From NCBI GenBank assembly GCA_016719635.1, contig JADJYT010000016.1, forward strand, positions 64,829-128,828: 64,000 nt of DNA, read 5' to 3'. A program made the translations under genes and the position numbers. Every line of letters begins with the position of its first letter. Within the stretch, counting starts at the first letter, position 1. Below the pieces are notes generated by a model. That model had not been told where the DNA came from, made no database searches, and was given only the letters and a program-made list of their open reading frames with translations. Below are positions 56,897 through 64,000 of the stretch, in pieces. This stretch comes from Sphingobacteriales bacterium (GTDB lineage Bacteria; Bacteroidota; Bacteroidia; Chitinophagales; JADIYW01).

Positions 56897-58318
56897 TCAG
56901 AACTCTGCACTTTTTGGTGTCCTAGGAAACGGAATGACATCGCGGATATTACTCATACCGGTAACAAATAATACCAGACGTTCAAATCCAAGTCCGAATC
57001 CGGCGTGCGGACAGGTACCGTATTGTCTGGTTTCGAGGTACCACCAGATGCTTTCTTCCGGAATACCGACTTCTGCCGCACGGCGTTTCAGTTTTTCATA
57101 ATCCTCTTCCCGCTGTGAGCCGCCAATGATTTCACCGATACCCGGAAACAACACATCCATCGCCCGAACGGTTTTCCCGTCTTCGCTCTGCTTCATGTAG
57201 AACGCTTTTATATGTGCAGGATAGTCGGTCAGAATCACCGGTTTTTTAAAATGTTTCTCAACCAGATAACGTTCGTGTTCACTTTGCAAATCAGTACCCC
57301 AATCCACCGGAAACTGGAATTTTTTCTTCGCATTTTTCAAAATTTCCACGGCTGATGAATAGGTCAGTCGTTCAAATTTATTTTCCACCACAAACTTCAG
57401 TCGGTCAATTAATCCAAGTTCATTGCGTTCATTCTGTGGTTTCTGCTTTTCTTCTTCAGCGGCTCTTCCGTCCAGCAGCTTCAATTCATCCGCACAATTA
57501 TCCAGTGCGTATTTCACAAGATACTGGACAAAATTTTCCGCCAGATCCATGTTATCTTCCAGTTCGTAAAATGCCATTTCCGGCTCTATCATCCAAAATT
57601 CAGCCAGATGGCGGGAAGTATTGGAGTTTTCGGCTCTGAAGGTGGGGCCAAATGTGTACACTTTAGATAATGCCATCGCCCCCAGCTCGCCTTCCAGTTG
57701 TCCGCTTACGGTAAGATTGGTTTCTTTCCCGAAAAAATCTTCCTTATAGTTGATGCTTCCGTCTTCATTCTTCGGCGGATTTTTTAAGTCCAATGTAGTA
57801 ACATGAAACATCTCTCCCGCACCTTCCGCATCCGAACCGGTGATAATGGGTGTGTGGAGATAATAAAATCCATGGTCATTGAAATATTTGTGAATGGCGA
57901 ATGCCAGCGCGTGTCTGATTCTCAGAATTGCGCCGAACGTTTGTGTACGAGGACGCAGGTGAGCAATCTCCCGTAAGAATTCCAGAGAATGTCTTTTAGG
58001 CTGAAGTTTATACGTGGCATCTGCAATTCCATAAATTGTAATATTCTCCGCTTTTAATTCAATCGCCTGCTGCCCCTGAGAAGCCACCAGTTCTCCGTCC
58101 ACGCCGATACATGCCCCGGTCAGAATCTTATCGATGGTTGCCTGCGGAATGGAACCCCCTTCCACTACTACCTGTAAATTCTGCACAGTTGTCCCGTCAT
58201 TTAAATTGATAAATGCCACATTTTTACTGTCCCGTATCGTGCGTACCCATCCGCGTGCCGTTATTTTGTCACCCGGTTTTGCATCTTTAAAAATATCCCT
58301 AATGGTTGGCTTGCTCAT
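56897..58318 (-). CDS. asnS: Asparagine--tRNA ligase
   Basis: The ATG at 58316-58318 gives [10 protein letters not shown]. The protein has an OB-fold N-terminus and class II motifs ([15 protein letters not shown]). The track's longer start at 58429 is an upstream extension. Confidence 0.95.
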   Translation of the reverse strand: MSKPTIRDIFKDAKPGDKITARGWVRTIRDSKNVAFINLNDGTTVQNLQVVVEGGSIPQATIDKILTGACIGVDGELVASQGQQAIELKAENITIYGIADATYKLQPKRHSLEFLREIAHLRPRTQTFGAILRIRHALAFAIHKYFNDHGFYYLHTPIITGSDAEGAGEMFHVTTLDLKNPPKNEDGSINYKEDFFGKETNLTVSGQLEGELGAMALSKVYTFGPTFRAENSNTSRHLAEFWMIEPEMAFYELEDNMDLAENFVQYLVKYALDNCADELKLLDGRAAEEEKQKPQNERNELGLIDRLKFVVENKFERLTYSSAVEILKNAKKKFQFPVDWGTDLQSEHERYLVEKHFKKPVILTDYPAHIKAFYMKQSEDGKTVRAMDVLFPGIGEIIGGSQREEDYEKLKRRAAEVGIPEESIWWYLETRQYGTCPHAGFGLGFERLVLFVTGMSNIRDVIPFPRTPKSAEF

Positions 58319-58335
58319 AACATTCAATTGAACGA

Positions 58336-58343
58336 CAAAAATA
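58336..58343 (-). promoter_or_regulatory. Bacteroidota-type -7 promoter box for asnS
   Basis: The plus strand reads caaaaata, which is TATTTTTG on the minus strand. That matches TAnnTTTG, 18 nt upstream of the asnS ATG. Confidence 0.35.
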
Positions 58344-58462
58344 CAGAATTTATACGGTGTGTCAATTGAAATTAGTATTAAGTGAATAATACATACAATC
58401 TGATTTACAGCGTTATAAAAATCTGCCAATATCCCTTATATTTACAGCAAATTACATCCATT

Positions 58463-59413
58463 ATGAGTTTTATTCCGGTGCTTGATTTGGCTGATTATTT
58501 ATCTGGAGATGAAGCCAGAAGGCAAAAATTTATCCAGGGTTTTGGCAAAGCATATTCCGAAATCGGATTTGCCGCCATTGAAAACCACGGCATCCCACAG
58601 GACTTGATCAACAAGTATTACGGGCTGGTGGAACAATTTTATGCCCTGCCATTGGAAACCAAATTAAGCTATGAAAAAGTGGAATATGCAGGGCAGCGCG
58701 GTTACACCTCGTTTGGCAGAGAAAAGGCAAAACAGAGTGAGGTGGCGGATTTGAAAGAATTCTGGCAGGTAGGGCAATATATAGAAGACGGCGAGGTGAT
58801 GCCGGCGGATGACTATCCTGACAACCTGGAAGTGGCTGAAATACCGGAATTCAATGAAACCGGCAGACAGTTGTATAAAAGCTTTGAAAACTCGGGCAGG
58901 CATCTGCTGCGTGCGATTGCAGAATACCTGGAGCTGGATGTCCATTATTTTGATCCGCGAATACACAACGGAAACAGTATTTTACGTGCCATCCATTACC
59001 CGCCGATTACCCAGGACCCGAAAACAGCCATACGGGCAGAGGCGCATGAAGACATCAATTTAATCACGCTGCTGGTAGGCGCTAGTGCGGATGGGCTGCA
59101 GGTACAGGATGTTGACGGCAACTGGCACGACGCCAAGGCGGAACCACAGCAAATCATGGTGAATGTGGGTGATATGCTGCAGCGTTTGTGCAACAACAGG
59201 CTGAAATCCACCACACACAGAGTGGTCAATCCCCCTCGAGAAAAATGGCATACCCACCGTTATTCCATTCCTTTCTTTCTACACCCGAGAAGTGAAGTAC
59301 GTTTAGACTGCCTGGAAAATTGTATCGATGCAGAACATCCGTTAGCCTACGCGCCCATCACTGCCGGCGAATATTTAGATGAACGCCTGAGAGAAATCGG
59401 ATTAAAAAAATAA
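58463..59413 (+). CDS. 2-oxoglutarate/Fe(II)-dependent oxygenase (isopenicillin N synthase-like family)
   Basis: The ATG at 58463 gives MSFIPVLDL. It has the HxD...H facial triad context (AHEDINLITLL ... STTHRV) and an RYSIPFF segment. Confidence 0.75.
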   Translation: MSFIPVLDLADYLSGDEARRQKFIQGFGKAYSEIGFAAIENHGIPQDLINKYYGLVEQFYALPLETKLSYEKVEYAGQRGYTSFGREKAKQSEVADLKEFWQVGQYIEDGEVMPADDYPDNLEVAEIPEFNETGRQLYKSFENSGRHLLRAIAEYLELDVHYFDPRIHNGNSILRAIHYPPITQDPKTAIRAEAHEDINLITLLVGASADGLQVQDVDGNWHDAKAEPQQIMVNVGDMLQRLCNNRLKSTTHRVVNPPREKWHTHRYSIPFFLHPRSEVRLDCLENCIDAEHPLAYAPITAGEYLDERLREIGLKK

Positions 59414-59415
59414 TA

Positions 59416-59448
59416 TTAATTAGCAAATTAGCTAATTAGCTAATTAAT
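59416..59448. repeat. AT-rich tandem/palindromic 8-mer repeat (taattagc-like x3)
   Basis: ttaattagcaaattagctaattagctaattaat sits between the oxygenase stop and the FkbM start. It contains the palindrome gctaattagc. Confidence 0.85.
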
Positions 59449-59453
59449 AAAAT

Positions 59454-60206
59454 ATGCCTTCATCCTTCTCCATAAAAATCGGTGACTTCCTATATAAGAA
59501 CGCTTTCCCCGTTTATAATATCATCTATCCTTTTTTCAAAAGACGGCAGGACAAACATGAGATTGCCTTAATGAAACAATACATTCATAAGGGAGATGTG
59601 GTATTGGATATTGGCGCAAATATCGGCTTTTACACCAATATCCTCTCTGAACTGGTGGGTGAAAATGGAAGAGTATATGCATTTGAACCGGACAAAACCA
59701 ATTATTCCTATCTTATCCAAAACGCAGCACATTTAAAGAATGTGGAATTTCACAACAAGGCGGTGAGCGACAAAACCGGAAAAATCATCCTGTACCATTC
59801 TGACCTGCTGAATGTAGACCACAAAACATACGCCACCAGCGACTACACCTCCACTTCAGAAATAGAATGTGTAGCTATGGATGACATCATTCCGGGACAA
59901 AAAGCGGACTTTATAAAAATAGACATACAGGGTTATGAATACTTTGCCTTTAAGGGTATGTCGGAAATCCTCAGGAAAAATGACAATCTGAAGATTATCA
60001 CGGAACTTTATCCGTATGGACTAAACAACTCCGGCATAAAAATAACGGACTTCATTTCTTTGATTCAGGAAAACAACCTCATCATCTACAAAATGCACGA
60101 CAATCAGTTAACTTTGTTTACAGACGATGATATCAGCCAGATGGATAAAGAAAATTTCCGCATCCACATTCTCGATATACTGTTAAGCAAAAAAACTGTG
60201 AATTAA
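59454..60206 (+). CDS. FkbM-family SAM-dependent methyltransferase
   Basis: 250 aa with VLDIGANIGFYT, VYAFEP and FIKIDIQGYEYFAFKG motifs. Confidence 0.8.
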   Translation: MPSSFSIKIGDFLYKNAFPVYNIIYPFFKRRQDKHEIALMKQYIHKGDVVLDIGANIGFYTNILSELVGENGRVYAFEPDKTNYSYLIQNAAHLKNVEFHNKAVSDKTGKIILYHSDLLNVDHKTYATSDYTSTSEIECVAMDDIIPGQKADFIKIDIQGYEYFAFKGMSEILRKNDNLKIITELYPYGLNNSGIKITDFISLIQENNLIIYKMHDNQLTLFTDDDISQMDKENFRIHILDILLSKKTVN

Positions 60207-60228
60207 AACAATTGAAAAAACACAGCAG

Positions 60229-62001
60229 ATGAAGCCTTCTAAAAAAAACATACCGGCTCCCAAGAAACCGATTGCTCCCGTAAAGAAAACAAGGGCAGCG
60301 AACACACGTCAATCGTCCGGACTGCCTTCTCTTTACACCTTACTGGAAAATCATTTCATCAAACATAAAAACAGTTATCTCTATGTTTGTTTGATTGCTG
60401 CCGTTGTCTTTGCACTCATATGCTTTGATGCCAAGATATCATTGGCTAATGACGATGCTTTGTATATTGAGGCAGGCTCTAATTATGCCAAAAACTTTTT
60501 CGGATATTTTTATGTCGCCAATGCGCCTTTGTATCCCATGACACTGGGGATACTCATAAAAATATTTGGAGTAAAACTCATTGTCCTGAAATTTTTCTCA
60601 ATTGTCTTTTTTGCCTCCGGCATTTTAATGCTCTTTAAAGCATTCGAGAACAGGATGCCGTATCTCATTCTGATTCCCGCACTGCTGCTTACCGTTATCA
60701 ACTTCCCATTCTTAATGTATGCCAGTCTCACCTATTCTGAATGTTTATTTTTACTGATACAGGGTATCTCCTTTTATATATTATTTAAATTATTCGACCG
60801 GCATATTAAAGAAAACAATGATCCTGTTTCAACAAAAGAAACGATTCTTGGCGCGGTCCTTATCGGCGGGATCTCGGTATTGATGCTGCTTACACGGAAT
60901 GTAGCTTCGGGATTTATCGGTATTATTCTGGTGTTCTTATTATTCTACAGAAGATTCCTGCTGGCAGGGATCTCGTTAGTTTCTTTCGGCCTTATTTATG
61001 CAGCCTATCGATTCCTGCTGGCTGCGGTATGGAAGCTGGATAACAGCCAGTTCACCAGCCAAAAGGGTATCCTGTTCCAGAAAGATGCCTATAACCCACA
61101 AATGGGACAGGAAACCACCTGGGGTTTTATTGAGCGTTTCTGGGGAAACTGCCAGATTTATATTTCTTCCCGATTGTACTACGTTCTGGGTTTCCGGGAA
61201 GAGATGTCCTCCAATAATATACCCCTTACTTTAGCAAGTATTTTCCTCATCTTGGCAGCCGTATGGTATATGTATAAAAACAAGCACATCCATCTTCTCT
61301 TCTCAACACTATTTTTCTCCGGGCTGCTTGCCTTTTCTTTCTTCTCATTACAAACATCCTGGGGGCAGACCCGTTTTATTATGGTCTATCTGCCACTAAT
61401 CCTCCTGGCTGTATTTTACCTGATTTATGAGCTGACAGTAGATAACAGCGTGGCACAGATAGTTTTTCCGTTTGTATTCCTGATGCTGTTCTTTACAGGA
61501 ATGTCCGCTACCCTCAAAGAAGCAAAAGAACGCTTCCCTGTATTTATTGAAAATATTAATGGCGACCCGACTTTCGGATACACCCCCGACTGGCAGAATT
61601 ATATTAAGATGACGAAGTGGTGCGCACAAAACCTAACGAATGAGACAAAACAGGTAGCCGTACGAAAGGCTCCCATGTCCTTTATCTTTTCAGAAGGAAA
61701 AGAATTTTATCCGATTTACAACACGCCAACAGAAAATCCGGATTCTTTACTCATCCCTCTCAGAAAGTCAAAAGTGAATTACATCATGACCGCAGAACTC
61801 CGGCTGGATCCAGGCAGATACCTGGAAGGGCAATTTATAGGCACCATGCACCGCTACATCTATTATATCGCTCAAAAATATCCTGAAGCCTTCCTGCCTG
61901 TCCATCAGGAAGGCGAAGCCGAGAAATCTGTTTTGTATAAAATAAGATGGGATTATATCGACTCCATAAAGAATAATAAACCTGCATCAGGCATTCCTTA
62001 A
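60229..62001 (+). CDS. GT-C fold membrane glycosyltransferase (ArnT/PMT/GT39-like)
   Basis: 590 aa with a basic N-terminal tail and about 11-13 TM helices. An acidic motif NDDALYIEAG lies in the first extracytoplasmic loop. It has a soluble C-terminal domain of about 170 aa. Confidence 0.6.
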   Translation: MKPSKKNIPAPKKPIAPVKKTRAANTRQSSGLPSLYTLLENHFIKHKNSYLYVCLIAAVVFALICFDAKISLANDDALYIEAGSNYAKNFFGYFYVANAPLYPMTLGILIKIFGVKLIVLKFFSIVFFASGILMLFKAFENRMPYLILIPALLLTVINFPFLMYASLTYSECLFLLIQGISFYILFKLFDRHIKENNDPVSTKETILGAVLIGGISVLMLLTRNVASGFIGIILVFLLFYRRFLLAGISLVSFGLIYAAYRFLLAAVWKLDNSQFTSQKGILFQKDAYNPQMGQETTWGFIERFWGNCQIYISSRLYYVLGFREEMSSNNIPLTLASIFLILAAVWYMYKNKHIHLLFSTLFFSGLLAFSFFSLQTSWGQTRFIMVYLPLILLAVFYLIYELTVDNSVAQIVFPFVFLMLFFTGMSATLKEAKERFPVFIENINGDPTFGYTPDWQNYIKMTKWCAQNLTNETKQVAVRKAPMSFIFSEGKEFYPIYNTPTENPDSLLIPLRKSKVNYIMTAELRLDPGRYLEGQFIGTMHRYIYYIAQKYPEAFLPVHQEGEAEKSVLYKIRWDYIDSIKNNKPASGIP

Positions 62002-62112
62002 TTCCGCATATGCTGAAATCCTTTTCACAAAATACATATCTGACATAATCTTATAACCCCTCCTGATCAGAGTGGTTTTTTTGTGGTATATTTGCGGCAT
62101 AACTTTTCCTTA

Positions 62113-62964
62113 ATGAATATTGTCTTCAGAAATATCCCTTTAACGCGAATAAAGATCTTCGGAGCAAAAATCCTTCTGTTTTTTACTTCCGTTTTTGTAG
62201 ATACCAAAAAGAAGCATCTGATCAAAAGAAATAATATCAATTTTGAGGTAGACCTGACCGAAGGCATCGATTTATCGTTATATCTTTTCAATGATTTCCA
62301 GTCGCATGTGTATGAAAATAAATTTGTGACACTGAAAGCGGATGACGTTATCTTTGACGTTGGCGCCAATGTCGGTATCATGTCGCTGAATTTTGCAAAC
62401 AAGGCTATCAACGGTAAGGTATATGCCTTTGAACCCACTCATTATGCGTTGAATAAATTCAAAAAGAATCTGGAATTAAATCCGGAACTGGCGAAGCGTA
62501 TAACTGTGACCAATTGCTTTGTTTCTGCAAAATCGGATGCCAACCCCAATATAGTCGCATTCTCCAGCTGGAGCCTGACCAAACGCACGGAAAATGACCA
62601 TGAATTTCATCTAGGCACACCCATGTCGGCGGATGGAGTTCCGTCTGTCACCATGGATGATTTCGTACAATCCAACAACATCACCAGATTAGATTTTATA
62701 AAGATAGATACGGACGGGCATGAATATGAAGTTTTCTCAGGCGCGGCAAATACAATCAAGACATTACGGCCAAAAATAATTTTTGAATTGGGCTTGTATG
62801 TTATGAAAGAAAAGAATTTTGACTTTGACTTTTACTGGAACTATTTTCATCCGCTTCATTACAAATTATTCGACTCGGGCAATATGGAAGAGATCACCCT
62901 GGACAATCATAAAAGCCACCTGCCGAAATATGGCAGTATTGATGTTTTAGCAATACCACAATAA
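62113..62964 (+). CDS. FkbM-family SAM-dependent methyltransferase (second copy)
   Basis: It has IFDVGANVGIMS, VYAFEP and FIKIDTDGHEYEVFSG motifs. The ATG at 62113 is preferred over the GTG at 62083. Confidence 0.75.
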   Translation: MNIVFRNIPLTRIKIFGAKILLFFTSVFVDTKKKHLIKRNNINFEVDLTEGIDLSLYLFNDFQSHVYENKFVTLKADDVIFDVGANVGIMSLNFANKAINGKVYAFEPTHYALNKFKKNLELNPELAKRITVTNCFVSAKSDANPNIVAFSSWSLTKRTENDHEFHLGTPMSADGVPSVTMDDFVQSNNITRLDFIKIDTDGHEYEVFSGAANTIKTLRPKIIFELGLYVMKEKNFDFDFYWNYFHPLHYKLFDSGNMEEITLDNHKSHLPKYGSIDVLAIPQ

Positions 62965-62965
62965 C

Positions 62966-64000
62966 ATGTATTCTATTCGCAAACAAACCATCTTCAGTCA
63001 CTTTGAATCCATAGCGGAAAATTATTTAAATTACCGGAAGCGGTTCTCCTATTACGGAAATGATATCATCAATTACCTTAATTTCTTCATCAGCGAAACG
63101 GACAGTGTGCTGGAAATAGGTTGCGGCTGCGGCGAAACGATTCACGGTTTAAAAGCAAAAGATAAAACGGGCATTGATTTCAGCCCGAAGATGATTTCGG
63201 TAGCACGGGAATCCTATCCGGACGTATCTTTCCATGTGATGGATGCCGAAAAGATTACCCTGGAGAAAAAATATGATGTCATCATCTTCAATAATATCAT
63301 CGGTTATCTCGACAATATCCAGGATGTATTTTATGCCATCAAGAAGAATTGCCACGAACATACCCGCGTGATTATTTCCTATTACAACCACTGGTGGGAG
63401 CCTGTTTTAAGATTCGGTGAGACGACTGGTATCAAGAAAAGATCTCCACAGCAGAACTGGCTGGATGCCAAGGATATTTCCAACTTGCTCTATCTGTCAG
63501 GATTTGAGTCCTACAGGACCAACAAACGGTTGCTGGTTCCGGTCAACATTCCCATCTTCTCCTGGCTGATGAACAAGTACATCGCCAAGCTGCCTATTTT
63601 TAAATCGTTGTGTTTAAACCAATTCCTGTTTGCACGTCCGCTGCTCAATTACAGGGAGGAAGAAACGGCGGAGAAATATTCCGTTTCCATCTGTATTCCG
63701 GCACGCAATGAAAGCGGCAACATCGAAAACGCGATTTTACGTCTGCCGAAATTTGGCAAGCATCAGGAAATCATCTTTGTGGAAGGTAATTCTTCCGATG
63801 ATACGTGGGCAAAAATACAGGAAATACAAAACAAGTACCGCGATTCACACGATATAAAGATTTCGCAGCAGGAGGGCAAGGGCAAAGGTGATGCCGTTCG
63901 CAAAGGCTACTCCATCGCCACGCAGGACATCCTCATCATACTCGATGCAGACCTGACCATGCCGCCGGAAGAACTGCCAAAGTTTTACAATGCCATTGCC
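62966..64000 (+). CDS. Fusion protein: class I SAM-dependent methyltransferase + family 2 glycosyltransferase (polyprenyl-phosphate sugar synthase-like), 3' end outside the window
   Basis: It is not in the ORF track because it is open at the window edge. Manual translation from the ATG at 62966 gives MYSIRKQ...VLEIGCGCGETI (MT motif I). This is followed by SVSICIPARNESGNIE...IIFVEGNSSDDT...ILDADLTMPPEEL, a GT2 DxD context. There are 345 codons with no stop. Confidence 0.75.
   Translation, partial: MYSIRKQTIFSHFESIAENYLNYRKRFSYYGNDIINYLNFFISETDSVLEIGCGCGETIHGLKAKDKTGIDFSPKMISVARESYPDVSFHVMDAEKITLEKKYDVIIFNNIIGYLDNIQDVFYAIKKNCHEHTRVIISYYNHWWEPVLRFGETTGIKKRSPQQNWLDAKDISNLLYLSGFESYRTNKRLLVPVNIPIFSWLMNKYIAKLPIFKSLCLNQFLFARPLLNYREEETAEKYSVSICIPARNESGNIENAILRLPKFGKHQEIIFVEGNSSDDTWAKIQEIQNKYRDSHDIKISQQEGKGKGDAVRKGYSIATQDILIILDADLTMPPEELPKFYNAIA

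Noticed and set aside
37811-58429. Long N-terminal extensions given by the ORF track for serS (37811), asnS (58429), the oxygenase (58382), gene 22064-23413, the diheme protein (13608) and the aminotransferase (14726)
   Set aside because: The extensions start at TTG or GTG, or add residues not belonging to the conserved families. Downstream ATGs restore canonical N-termini or signal peptides, so the shorter coordinates were used.
52773-64000. Sigma-54 promoters (TGGCAC-N5-TTGC) near rpoN and the neighbouring clusters
   Set aside because: The only TGGCAC seen, near 59113, is inside the oxygenase CDS and lacks the -12 TTGC element.

Overview
The window looks like a Bacteroidota chromosomal segment. 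Supporting signs are T9SS C-terminal sorting domains, bshA, rpoN, a murF-alr fusion and TAnnTTTG-type -7 boxes. It is densely packed with about 55 genes, mostly housekeeping: polA, rho, serS, pheS, asnS, rpoN, purQ, nadK, rpmH-rnpA, yidD, tsaB, and a peptide ABC importer. I saw no rRNA, tRNA, CRISPR array, transposase or integrase. The non-routine content is as follows. (1) A ~2.6 kb AT-rich islet sits exactly at the stop codon of murF-alr. It is flanked by a 30-bp direct repeat of that gene's 3' end and carries two lipoprotein genes. (2) Two tandem paralogous lipoproteins are each built from seven ~43-aa YWKNG repeats. They arose by a segmental duplication that left a 36-bp relic of the asnS 3' end, which contains a conserved palindrome. 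(3) A GC-rich 7-nt tandem repeat (4.3 copies) lies inside an AsnB-type amidotransferase gene in a glycan locus. (4) A NosD-like beta-helix lipoprotein is paired with a diheme (2x CxxCH) protein. (5) A cluster at the 3' end of the window combines a GT-C membrane glycosyltransferase, a methyltransferase-GT2 fusion, two FkbM methyltransferases and a 2OG-Fe(II) oxygenase. (6) The rpmH-rnpA-yidD locus is unusual: rnpA has no canonical start codon upstream of its conserved N-terminus, and an opposite-strand T9SS hydrolase gene is wedged between rnpA and yidD. None of these amounts to a demonstrated new system. The YWKNG-repeat pair, the GT-C/GT2 cluster and the beta-helix/diheme pair are my best candidates for uncharacterised biology. 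All functional calls come from reading motifs by eye, not from database searches.
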